Of a DNA stretch of 35,880 nucleotides, positions 8,040 to 16,180 are shown piece by piece. The position numbers were made by a program, and so were the translations under genes. Source of the stretch: Acidimicrobiales bacterium (GTDB taxonomy: Bacteria > Actinomycetota > Acidimicrobiia > Acidimicrobiales > Palsa-688); contig JBPYFF010000096.1 of the NCBI GenBank assembly GCA_051984455.1, positions 1 through 35,880 of the forward strand, written 5' to 3'. A model generated the notes under the pieces. The model was not told where the DNA came from. It ran no database searches and saw only the letters and a list, made by a program, of their open reading frames with translations. Numbering within the stretch: the stretch's first letter is position 1; every line of letters starts with the position of its first letter.

Positions 8040-10156
8040 CCGGGCGATCCCTAGCCTCCCTCGGCCGGCTGGACGTGGGGTGCCTTCGGGGAGTTGGCGC
8101 CAAGAAGCGGACTGCGCTTTCCGATGCGGGGATCGAGACGATCCTCGACCTCCTGACCCACTATCCCCGGCGCTACCTCGATCGCACTGCCCAGGCTTCC
8201 ATCGGCGACCTCCGTGACGGCGAGCAGGCCACGGTCGTCGCCACCGTCAAACGGGTGACGACCCGCCGAACCCGTCAGAGGCGGAGCCTGGTGTCGGTGG
8301 ACGTGTTCGACGGATCGAGCTACCTCCGCTGCACATTTTTCAATCAGCCGTGGCGGGCCACCCAGCTCGAGGCCGGGAGCGACGTCGTCCTGTTCGGCAA
8401 ACTCGAGCGGTATCGCGGCGTCCGGCAGATGACGAATCCCGTCGTGGATCTGGTCGGCAACCGCACCGGCCGGATCGTCAGCGTCTACCCACAATCCGAG
8501 AAGGCCGGGCTCAGCACGTGGGAGCTGGCCGGCTGGATCGAGGAGGCGTTGCGCCGGTCAGGCGAGCTGGCCGATCCGGTCCCGGCCGAATGGCGTGACC
8601 GGCTTGAGCTGGCGGGGCGCACCTGGTCGATGGGCCAGATTCACGCGCCCGATTCGCTCGCAGCCGCGGGCGTCGCCAGAAGACGCCTGGCCTTCGACGA
8701 GTTGCTTCGCCTCCAGCTCATCCTGGTGATGCGGAAACGGGCGACCGAGCGCGGGGCGAGGGGCATCCGTCACCAGATCGACGGGCACCTCGTGGCCGGC
8801 TTCCGCCAGGCCCTCCCTTTCCCTCTTACTGCCGCCCAGGAGCGGGCCATTGTTGAGGTGCAGGGTGACCTGGCCGGGCCGCATCCCATGCACCGGCTGC
8901 TGCAAGGTGACGTCGGGGCGGGAAAGACGATCGTCGCCGTGGCCACCCTGCTGACCGGGATCCAGGGTGGGTACCAGGGTGCGCTCATGGCCCCCACGGA
9001 GGTCCTCGCCGAACAGCACCATCTGAGCGTTCGCGGCTTGCTGGAAGGGCTCACCGTGCGGGATGAGGGCACCCTTTTGGGCGAGCGGCCTCTTGCGGTC
9101 CAGCTGCTGACCAACCGGACCGCGGCGGCCGAGCGGGCCCGACTGCGAGCCGGCCTGGCGAGCGGTTCGGTCGATCTGTTGATCGGGACCCACGCCTTGC
9201 TGACAGAGGACGTCGGCTTCCGTGCCCTCGGCGTTGTCGTCATCGACGAACAGCATCGGTTCGGGGTGGAGCAACGGGCCGCGTTGCGGGCCAAGGGGGA
9301 CGACCTCGCCATCCCGGACGTGCTGGTCATGACGGCGACTCCCATTCCTCGCACCGCAGCCATGACGGTGTACGGCGACCTGGATCTGACGGTGCTCGAC
9401 GACCTCCCGCCCGGACGGACGCCTATCACGACCCTGTGGGCCCGCGGCCCAATCGAGGAGGTGGCCGCATGGGACCGGGTCAGGCAGGAGGTGGCCGCGG
9501 GGCGCCAGGCCTACGTGGTCTGCCCTCTTGTAGAGGAGTCGGAGCGCGTCGAGGCCCGCTCCGCCATCGACGAGTACGAACGACTGCGGACCGAGGTGTT
9601 CGGCGGGCTCAACGTCGGCCTGATCCACGGCCAGCTGCCCGAGCGGGAGAAGGAGGCGGTGATGTCCGACTTCCGGCGAGGCGCCGTCGATGTGCTGGTC
9701 GCGACCACGGTGATCGAGGTGGGTGTCGACGTCCCCAACGCCACGGTGATGGTTATCGAAGACGCCGACCGATTCGGCATCGCCCAGCTGCATCAGCTCC
9801 GGGGCCGGGTCGGGCGAGGAGCAGCGTCGTCGTGGTGCTACCTGCTGGGTGAGCCGTCCACCCCTGAAGCCGAGAAGCGGCTCAGAGCGCTGGAGCGCAC
9901 GACCGATGGCTTCGAGCTGGCCGAAGAGGACCTCGAGTTGCGGGGCGAGGGCACCATCCTCGGGACACGCCAGAAGGGTGTGACCGATCTCAAGCTCGCG
10001 TCCCTGCGTCGAGACAAAGACCTTGTCGCCCAGGCTCGAGAGGTTGCCTTCGCGCTGGTCGACGCCGATCCCCAACTCGCCGCCCATCCGGATCTGGCCG
10101 GGGAGATCCGGGCCCTGGTGGACGACGACGACCGCGAGTTCCTGTTTAAGAGCTGA
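8036..10156 (+). CDS. recG: ATP-dependent DNA helicase RecG
   Basis: Wedge/OB N-terminus, GDVGAGKT (Walker A), VIDEQHRFGV (DEQH), MTATPIPRT and QLHQLRGRVGRG. About 706 aa. GTGA overlap with the upstream gene. Confidence 0.95.
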   Translation: MTGRSLASLGRLDVGCLRGVGAKKRTALSDAGIETILDLLTHYPRRYLDRTAQASIGDLRDGEQATVVATVKRVTTRRTRQRRSLVSVDVFDGSSYLRCTFFNQPWRATQLEAGSDVVLFGKLERYRGVRQMTNPVVDLVGNRTGRIVSVYPQSEKAGLSTWELAGWIEEALRRSGELADPVPAEWRDRLELAGRTWSMGQIHAPDSLAAAGVARRRLAFDELLRLQLILVMRKRATERGARGIRHQIDGHLVAGFRQALPFPLTAAQERAIVEVQGDLAGPHPMHRLLQGDVGAGKTIVAVATLLTGIQGGYQGALMAPTEVLAEQHHLSVRGLLEGLTVRDEGTLLGERPLAVQLLTNRTAAAERARLRAGLASGSVDLLIGTHALLTEDVGFRALGVVVIDEQHRFGVEQRAALRAKGDDLAIPDVLVMTATPIPRTAAMTVYGDLDLTVLDDLPPGRTPITTLWARGPIEEVAAWDRVRQEVAAGRQAYVVCPLVEESERVEARSAIDEYERLRTEVFGGLNVGLIHGQLPEREKEAVMSDFRRGAVDVLVATTVIEVGVDVPNATVMVIEDADRFGIAQLHQLRGRVGRGAASSWCYLLGEPSTPEAEKRLRALERTTDGFELAEEDLELRGEGTILGTRQKGVTDLKLASLRRDKDLVAQAREVAFALVDADPQLAAHPDLAGEIRALVDDDDREFLFKS

Positions 10157-11084
10157 ACGCTTCGTTGAGCGCCTCCGCCGCTTCCCTGACGGCCTCCCGC
10201 CCGGAGTCGATCACGCCGGTCATTCCGAAAAAGCCATGGATCATGCCGTCGTAGCGGGAGGCCGTGACCGGGACGCCGGCCCGCTCCAGCCGGGCGGCGT
10301 AGGCCTCGCCTTCATCGCGCAGGGGGTCGAACTCGGCCGTGATGACCAGCGTCGGTGGTAGGGAGTTCAGGTCGCCGGCGTAGAGGGGTGAGGCGGCCGG
10401 ATCACGAGGATCGGTGCCCGACGGCAGGTAGTGGTCGATAAACCAGTGCATGGCCGATGCGGTGAGCAGGTAGCCCTCACCGTTTTCCTTCACTGACGGG
10501 TAGCTCATGAGGCAGTCGGTCACGGGATAGACGAGAAGCTGGAACTTGAACTCGGGGCCGCCGCGGTCCCTCGCCAGGAGAGCGGTGACGGCGGCCAGGT
10601 TGCCTCCGGCGCTGTCCCCGCCGATGGCCACCCGAGCCGGGTCGGCGCCCAGCTGGGCCGCGTGGCCGGCCAGCCAGCCGGCCGCGGCGAGGCCGGCCTC
10701 GGGGGCAGCCGGGAAGGGATGCTCCGGCGCCAACGGATAGTCGACGCTGGCGACAATGGCGCCGGTCTGGACGGCCAGGTCGCGCGCCGTCGGATCTGCG
10801 CTCTCCAGGTCGCCGATGACCCACCCTCCGCCGTGAAGCCAGACGAGCAGCGGGCAGGGGGTGGCGGAAGCGCCGCTCGGCCGGTACAGCCGGACGCGGA
10901 TGTCCCCCCGGGGGGTCGACATGGTGATGAGCTCGGTCTCCACCCCTTGTGGGACGGTGGCAGTCAGCTGGGCGAGGGTCGACATCATCGCCCGGGCGTC
11001 GGCGAGCGACATCTCCTCAATCGCCGGGCCGCCCGCGGCCGCCAGCTGATCGAGCAGGACCCGGACTTGAGGGTGGAGCGGCAT
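10146..11084 (-). CDS. Alpha/beta hydrolase, hormone-sensitive-lipase-like esterase (family IV)
   Basis: HGGGW oxyanion-hole motif and GDSAGG nucleophile elbow, followed by a DPLRDEG...HGF catalytic Asp/His region. The start is trimmed to ATG 11084 (GGGAGG 6 nt upstream). The 3' end overlaps the recG 3' end by 11 nt (convergent). Confidence 0.85.
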   Translation of the reverse strand: MPLHPQVRVLLDQLAAAGGPAIEEMSLADARAMMSTLAQLTATVPQGVETELITMSTPRGDIRVRLYRPSGASATPCPLLVWLHGGGWVIGDLESADPTARDLAVQTGAIVASVDYPLAPEHPFPAAPEAGLAAAGWLAGHAAQLGADPARVAIGGDSAGGNLAAVTALLARDRGGPEFKFQLLVYPVTDCLMSYPSVKENGEGYLLTASAMHWFIDHYLPSGTDPRDPAASPLYAGDLNSLPPTLVITAEFDPLRDEGEAYAARLERAGVPVTASRYDGMIHGFFGMTGVIDSGREAVREAAEALNEAFSS

Positions 11085-11136
11085 GTGAGCCTCCCGTTGG
11101 GGGCAGCGTCGGCGACGAACGTAGTCTCCGGGGCCG

Positions 11137-11361
11137 ATGCGACGCACAGACGACTCGGCTGCCTACGCCGGCAACTGGCGGGCGGTGCTGACGTTCGACG
11201 CCATCCTCGGCGTGGTGACCTCCGGAGCGGGGCTCGTCATCGCTCTCGCCGTGTCGGCGGTCGTGGGCATCCTGGTTGTGGCCGTGGGGGCCGCCTACAC
11301 CGCCCTGGTGGGTGCCCGGGCCCGGCGATGGGCCCGGCTGCGGCGGGAAGCGGGGTTGTAG
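11137..11361 (+). CDS. Small hypothetical membrane protein (two predicted TM helices, 74 aa)
   Basis: Two hydrophobic stretches (VLTFDAILGVVTSGAGLVIALAV / VVGILVVAVGAAYTALV) are followed by an Arg-rich tail. Third-codon positions are almost all G/C. Confidence 0.5.
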   Translation: MRRTDDSAAYAGNWRAVLTFDAILGVVTSGAGLVIALAVSAVVGILVVAVGAAYTALVGARARRWARLRREAGL

Positions 11362-11446
11362 CTCCGCCGGCCGCTCCCGGCAGCACCGCTTCCGAAAGGC
11401 CCCGGCGACTCCAGCATCCGGCATGGCTCCGATACGTTCGACGGCG

Positions 11447-12016
11447 ATGGCAGCGCTGCGGGTCGTCGGGGGCGAGGCCAGGGGCCGGGCGCTGCGGGCG
11501 CCGCGGGGACGGGGCACCCGTCCAACGAGCGACCGCGTCCGGGAGGCCATGTTCGACGTCCTCGCCAGCATGGCTGCGCTCGACGGGGCGGTGGTGGCCG
11601 ATCTGTTCGCGGGAAGTGGGGCCCTGGGGATTGAATCCCTCTCGCGAGGCGCGGCCGACGTGTGGTTCGTGGACCACGACAAGGGAGCGGTCGAAGCCAT
11701 TCGGGCCAACCTGCTGGCGACCGGCTTCGAAGACCGGGGCCACGTCGTCCGATCCGACGTTCTCCGCTGGCTCCAGCACCCGCCCCCTCTCGAGCTGGTC
11801 CTGTGTGATCCCCCGTACGGCTACGAGCACTGGCCTTCACTCTTAGGGGCGTTGACCAGGGTGAGCGGACTCGTCCTCACGGAGACGGGCAACCACCTGG
11901 ACCCCGGGCCGGGCTGGGAAGTTCTCAAGGTCAAGCGGTACGGCGGTACCGTGGTGACGGTCGCTCGACCGGTGGATGAAGCCGCCCGAGAAGCCGACCG
12001 GAAAGGTGACACGTGA
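11447..12016 (+). CDS. rsmD: 16S rRNA (guanine966-N2)-methyltransferase RsmD
   Basis: RVVGGEARGRAL..PTSDRVREAMF, DLFAGSGALGIE (SAM motif I) and LCDPPY. The start is set at ATG 11447 to match the canonical M..(R/K)I(I/V)GG N-terminus; the alternative is ATG 11423. The track ORF begins at 11276 in GC-rich non-homologous sequence. Confidence 0.85.
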   Translation: MAALRVVGGEARGRALRAPRGRGTRPTSDRVREAMFDVLASMAALDGAVVADLFAGSGALGIESLSRGAADVWFVDHDKGAVEAIRANLLATGFEDRGHVVRSDVLRWLQHPPPLELVLCDPPYGYEHWPSLLGALTRVSGLVLTETGNHLDPGPGWEVLKVKRYGGTVVTVARPVDEAAREADRKGDT

Positions 12017-12498
12017 GGACCGCCCTCTTCCCGGGCACGTTCGACCCGTTCCACAACGGCCATCTGGAGATCGTCGAGACAGCGGCCAAGTTGTTCGACC
12101 ATCTCGTCGTTGCTCCGATGCGGAACCCCCAAAAGGGCGAGCCGCTCTTCACACTCGACGAACGCCGCGAGATGATCGCCGAATCGGTCGCGCATCTTCC
12201 CAACGTGTCGCTTGACTCGTTCTCGAGCCTGGTGGTGGACCTGGCCCGGCGGCTCGGCGTGGACGTGATCGTGAAGGGCCTCCGCGTCGCCTCTGACGCC
12301 GAATCCGAGTTGATGCAGGCTCAGATGAACAAGGCAGTGTCGGGGATCGAGACCCTGCTCATCCCGTGCTCATCGGACTACTCCTTCATTGCGTCCAAGT
12401 TCGTGCGTGAGTTCGCCCGCTTCGGTGGCGCCGACCGGATCGGGACCATGGTGCCCGGCCCGGTGTTCACCAAGCTGAAGGAAAAGTTCGCGCCATGA
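12013..12498 (+). CDS. coaD: Phosphopantetheine adenylyltransferase
   Basis: ALFPGTFDPFHNGHLEIV (T/HxGH nucleotidyltransferase motif). 161 aa. GTGA overlap with rsmD. Confidence 0.95.
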   Translation: MRTALFPGTFDPFHNGHLEIVETAAKLFDHLVVAPMRNPQKGEPLFTLDERREMIAESVAHLPNVSLDSFSSLVVDLARRLGVDVIVKGLRVASDAESELMQAQMNKAVSGIETLLIPCSSDYSFIASKFVREFARFGGADRIGTMVPGPVFTKLKEKFAP

Positions 12499-13070
12499 GC
12501 ACCGATGGCCGGACGGAGGCGCCCGATACCGAGGCGCTGCTCAGACGGGTCATCGACATCTTGAACGGTTGCCGGACGCTGCCGCTGTCCTCGTCGGTGA
12601 GACTGGACAACCGCGATGAGGTCATCGAGCTGCTCGAGGAGGCCAGCCAGCGACTACCCGATGAGCTCAAGCAGGCCCGGTGGCTCCTTCGGGAGCGCAC
12701 GGAGTTCCTCGAGAAGCGACAGCGTGAGGCGGACGACATTCTGGAGGCGGCACGGGTGCGGGCCGAGGGCATGGTGCAAAGGACCGAGATCGTCCGGGAG
12801 TCCGAACACGCCGCCCGACGCACCGTCGACGATGCCCGTGACGAAGCTCGACGGTTGCGTCACGAGGCCGAGGACTACTGCGATCAGAAGCTGGCGGCAT
12901 TCGAGATCGTCCTGGAGAGGACGATAAAGACAGTGCAGGCGGGGCGAGAAAAGCTCTCGGTCATTCCACCCCCACCGGCGGATGGGCCGGAGGCCAGGGT
13001 CGCGGGGGTGGAGGCGGGCGACAACACGCTGGCAACCGAGGACAGCTTTTTCGATCAGGATCGCCGTTGA
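12495..13070 (+). CDS. Conserved charged coiled-coil protein of unknown function (often annotated as ATP synthase subunit b-like)
   Basis: 191 aa, very rich in E/R/A with heptad-like periodicity (ELKQARWLLRERTEFLEKRQREADDILEAARVRAEGMV...). ATGA overlap with coaD, and its stop overlaps the yceD region. High GC3. Confidence 0.6.
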   Translation: MSTDGRTEAPDTEALLRRVIDILNGCRTLPLSSSVRLDNRDEVIELLEEASQRLPDELKQARWLLRERTEFLEKRQREADDILEAARVRAEGMVQRTEIVRESEHAARRTVDDARDEARRLRHEAEDYCDQKLAAFEIVLERTIKTVQAGREKLSVIPPPPADGPEARVAGVEAGDNTLATEDSFFDQDRR

Positions 13071-13084
13071 AGGTGGTGAGCGTC

Positions 13085-13621
13085 ATGACCCGTTCTCCCT
13101 TCCTGGTCAATGTGGCCACGTTCCGGCGATGGACCGGCGCGCGGCGTCATGAGTGCCGCCGAGGCTCGATTGCGGGACTCGAGATCACCGCGAGCCGCGT
13201 CCCGCCCGGCGGGATGGTCGAGGTCGACGTTGTCCTTGATGCAACCGATGGCGGAATCGCGGTGGGTGGCACCGTGGCCGCTCCCTGGGTGGGTGAATGC
13301 CGGCGTTGCCTGGGCGAGGTGACGGGGGAGCTCAAAGTCGAGGTCCACGAGCTCTACCAGGCCCACCACCGGGCCGATCCCGCGCCGGAGGACGAGCAAG
13401 AGAGCTACCTGCTCACCGGAGACGTGCTCGACCTCGAGCCCTTGGCCCGAGACGCCGTGCTGCTCAGCCTGCCCCTCGCGCCGCTGTGCCGGCCGGAGTG
13501 CGCGGGCCTGTGCCCCACGTGCGGCGCCGACCTCAATGCCGGGTCCTGTGGCTGCCCGCCGGCCATGGCCGATCCTCGCTGGGCGGGGCTCGAAGTCCTG
13601 CGGGGTCGGGACTTGTCGTAG
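13085..13621 (+). CDS. yceD: DUF177 / YceD family protein (large-subunit rRNA accumulation protein)
   Basis: CRRCLGEV...ESYLL.GD.LDLEPL.RD...L.LP..PLCRPECAGLCPTCGADLN is the YceD signature. It lies immediately upstream of rpmF, as in most bacteria. ATG 13085 is preferred (AAGGTGGTGAG upstream); the alternative is TTG 13067. Confidence 0.85.
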   Translation: MTRSPFLVNVATFRRWTGARRHECRRGSIAGLEITASRVPPGGMVEVDVVLDATDGGIAVGGTVAAPWVGECRRCLGEVTGELKVEVHELYQAHHRADPAPEDEQESYLLTGDVLDLEPLARDAVLLSLPLAPLCRPECAGLCPTCGADLNAGSCGCPPAMADPRWAGLEVLRGRDLS

Positions 13622-13684
13622 AGTGATCCGGCCGGCGCCGCCCTCCGGCGGTCCACCCCTCCGGGAGAAAGAGTCTGCTCTGCC

Positions 13685-13864
13685 ATGGCGGTACCGAAGA
13701 AGAAGACCTCAAAAGCTAAGAGCCGCAGTCGCCGGGCGAGTGCCTGGCGGCTGTCGGAGCCATCGCGGAGCGTCTGTCCCCAGTGCCGGCATGTCAAGCA
13801 GCCCCACGTCGTCTGTCCGAACTGCGGGTGGTACGGCGGGCGGCAGGCCATCGACGTCAGCTGA
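13685..13864 (+). CDS. rpmF: 50S ribosomal protein L32
   Basis: This gene is not in the supplied ORF track (59 aa). I translated it by hand: MAVPKKKTSKAKSRSRRASAWRLSEPSRSVCPQCRHVKQPHVVCPNCGWYGGRQAIDVS, with TGA at 13862-13864. It has the canonical MAVPK(R/K)KTS N-terminus and a CxxC...CxxC Zn ribbon. GGGAGAAAGAG lies upstream. Confidence 0.92.
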   Translation: MAVPKKKTSKAKSRSRRASAWRLSEPSRSVCPQCRHVKQPHVVCPNCGWYGGRQAIDVS

Positions 13865-13918
13865 CGGGTGACGCCCGCCGCCGCCTCCCGCCCGGCTGCG
13901 ACCGGAGCCCGAGCCGAC

Positions 13919-14896
13919 ATGCTCCCCGTCGCCCTGGACGCCATGGGCGGCGACCGGGCTCCGGACGAGATCATTGCCGGAGCTCGCCAGGCGGCCGACC
14001 TTGGCATCCCGGTCCTGCTCGTCGGCGACCCTGACCGGCTCGGTGATTCGGGCGGTCTCCCGGTGCAGGCCGCGGGCGAGGTGATCGCCATGGACGAGGA
14101 CCCGGGTCAGGGGGTGAGAAAGAAAAAGGATTCCTCCCTGCTGCGGGCGGCCGAGGCGGTTCGCGACGGCCGGGCCTCGGCCATGGTCAGCGCCGGCAAC
14201 ACCGGCGCCGCGATGGCCAGCGCGCTGTTCCGGATGGGGCGGTTGCGCGGCGTCGCCCGGCCCGCCATCGCCACGCCGATTCCCGTCCCGGCCACCACGC
14301 CGACCGTCCTGCTGGATGCCGGCGCAAACGCTGACTGTGCCCCCGCCTGGATGGTGCAGTTCGCCCAGATGGGGTCCGCTTTCGCTCGTCTGCGCTACGG
14401 CATGGACGCGCCCCGCGTGGGATTGCTTTCGATCGGTGAAGAGAACACCAAGGGCAGCACGCTCGTGAAGGAAGCGCACGCCCTCCTGGCGGCGGGAGCG
14501 GCCGGGAAGGACGTGAACTTCATCGGCAACGTCGAAGGCCGGGACATCATGTCGGACGCCGTCGACGTGGTGGTGACCGATGGCTTTACCGGCAACGTCA
14601 CCCTGAAGGCACTGGAAGGCGGTTTGAAGCGGATCATGGCCGCGGTCCTCCACGCCATGACCAGCACCGAGGAGGCCAAGGAGGCGGCCAAGGTCGTCTT
14701 GCCCACGCTGGCGCCGCTGGCCGAGGAGTTCGACCCCGACACACACGGTGGAGCCATCCTGCTCGGTGTCGACGGGGTATGCATCATCAGCCACGGTTCG
14801 TCCTCCGCTCGGGCCATCGCCAATGCAATCCGGCTGGCCCATGACGCCGTGCAGGGCGGGTTGATCCAACAGGTCAAGGCGGCCGTCGGCCACTGA
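13919..14896 (+). CDS. plsX: Phosphate acyltransferase PlsX
   Basis: MLPVALDAMGGDRAP matches the canonical PlsX N-terminus, and SAGNTGA, GNVEGRD and DVVVTDGFTGNV are also present. The alternative upstream start is GTG 13868 (the track ORF). Confidence 0.9.
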   Translation: MLPVALDAMGGDRAPDEIIAGARQAADLGIPVLLVGDPDRLGDSGGLPVQAAGEVIAMDEDPGQGVRKKKDSSLLRAAEAVRDGRASAMVSAGNTGAAMASALFRMGRLRGVARPAIATPIPVPATTPTVLLDAGANADCAPAWMVQFAQMGSAFARLRYGMDAPRVGLLSIGEENTKGSTLVKEAHALLAAGAAGKDVNFIGNVEGRDIMSDAVDVVVTDGFTGNVTLKALEGGLKRIMAAVLHAMTSTEEAKEAAKVVLPTLAPLAEEFDPDTHGGAILLGVDGVCIISHGSSSARAIANAIRLAHDAVQGGLIQQVKAAVGH

Positions 14897-14920
14897 GTGC
14901 GTTCAGCCGATCACGCACTC
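14895..14920 (+). other. Hairpin overlapping the plsX stop (GAGTGCGT-10 nt-ACGCACTC)
   Basis: A perfect 8-bp inverted repeat at 14895-14902 / 14913-14920 with no U tract. It could be an attenuator, a processing site or a weak terminator between plsX and acp. Confidence 0.3.
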
Positions 14921-15023
14921 GGTGAATCTGCGACGGCACAACAACCGGGGCCGACAGAGCCGGTGCCGGGCTGACGTCGGCGGTAGCATGATGCCCCAGC
15001 ATTGACGACCCCAGGAGCACGCG

Positions 15024-15320
15024 GTGCCTGCCGAGACCCATGTCGAACGCACCCCTCTCGATCGCCAACAGGTGTTCGAGCTGATCAGGGACCGGTTGGC
15101 CGACATCCTCGAGATTGACCCTTCGGGTATCACCGAAGCGGCGTCATTCGGCGACGACCTCGGCGCCGACTCCCTCGCCTTGATCGAGCTGGTCGAGGCG
15201 CTTGAGGAGGAGCTCAGCGAGCGCACGGTCGGCTTCCGCATCGAGGACGAGGACCTCGAGGACCTGCGGACGGTGCGAGACGCGGTCGACTATGTGGTGG
15301 CCAAGCTCGAGGCGGGGTGA
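15024..15320 (+). CDS. acpP: Acyl carrier protein
   Basis: FGDDLGADSLALIELVEALEEE contains the DSL phosphopantetheine-attachment motif, and the protein is acidic and helical. GTG start with AGGAG 6 nt upstream. 98 aa, with a short N-terminal extension. Confidence 0.85.
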   Translation: MPAETHVERTPLDRQQVFELIRDRLADILEIDPSGITEAASFGDDLGADSLALIELVEALEEELSERTVGFRIEDEDLEDLRTVRDAVDYVVAKLEAG

Positions 15321-15448
15321 GCGCCGGTGGTGCCCCGAGTCCTCTTATTGGTCTGTGACCTTCCTGCACAGCCGGGACGGCGGGTGACCCGGACCGCCGG
15401 TGACCAAGTGAGGGACCGCTGACCAATCGGTCCGACCGAGACATCGAG

Positions 15449-16180
15449 ATGGGCGCCCTGGCGGACCGCCTGGGCTGGGACGTGGGCGACGGTGAACTGT
15501 TCGAGCGGGCCCTCGCCCACCGGTCGTGGTGTGCCGAGACTCCGGGGAGCGCGTCGAACGAGCGTCTGGAATTTCTCGGCGACGCGGTGCTCGGACTGGT
15601 GGTGACGGACCATTTGTTCCGGACGTACCCGGCCTTGCCGGAGGGTGAGCTGGCCAAGGTCAGGGCGTCCGTCGTGAATTCCGCCGCCCTGGCCGAGGTG
15701 GCCGCGTCGCTCGAAATCGGCGAAGCGCTGCTGCTCGGCAAAGGGGAAGGGCAATCCGGCGGCCGGGAGAAGCCATCCATCCTCGCCGACGCCATGGAGG
15801 CGGTGATCGGCGCGGTCTACATGGACCGGGGGTGGCAAGCAGCCGAAGACCTGGTCATGAGACTGCTCGGCGACCGCATTGAGGAAGCCGCGGCCGGCCC
15901 GGGCGGGCAGGACTACAAGACCCGCCTGCAGGAGCTGTGCGCCCGGCGATTCGATGCCCTTCCGGACTACGAGGTGACAGACGAGGGGCCGGATCACGCC
16001 AAGCGGTTCGACGCGGTCGTCCGCGTGGCGGGGGTCAAGCGCGGGACCGGCCATGGACGATCGAAGAAGCAGGCCGAGCAGGGGGCGGCCAGGGTTGCCT
16101 GGGAGCAGCTGACGGGCGAGCTGGCGGTCCTGGACCAGACGGAACCGCCCGGCCGCCAGGAGGCGGCGGACAGTGCCTGA
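15449..16180 (+). CDS. rnc: Ribonuclease III
   Basis: NERLEFLGDAVLGLVV RNase III signature, a second catalytic region (ADAMEAVIGAVY), and a C-terminal dsRBD (DYKTRLQE...GRSKKQAEQGAA). Confidence 0.95.
   Translation: MGALADRLGWDVGDGELFERALAHRSWCAETPGSASNERLEFLGDAVLGLVVTDHLFRTYPALPEGELAKVRASVVNSAALAEVAASLEIGEALLLGKGEGQSGGREKPSILADAMEAVIGAVYMDRGWQAAEDLVMRLLGDRIEEAAAGPGGQDYKTRLQELCARRFDALPDYEVTDEGPDHAKRFDAVVRVAGVKRGTGHGRSKKQAEQGAARVAWEQLTGELAVLDQTEPPGRQEAADSA

Noticed and set aside
8558-10087. 509-aa minus-strand ORF antisense to recG
   Set aside because: It is a shadow ORF opposite a gene with unmistakable helicase motifs.
10662-11846. 394-aa plus-strand ORF spanning the esterase (antisense), the small membrane gene and rsmD in another frame
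   Set aside because: The product is Arg/Gly/Pro-rich and it crosses three better-supported genes. It lacks any motif.
13709-14893. 394-aa minus-strand ORF antisense to plsX
   Set aside because: It is a shadow ORF. PlsX motifs are unambiguous on the plus strand.
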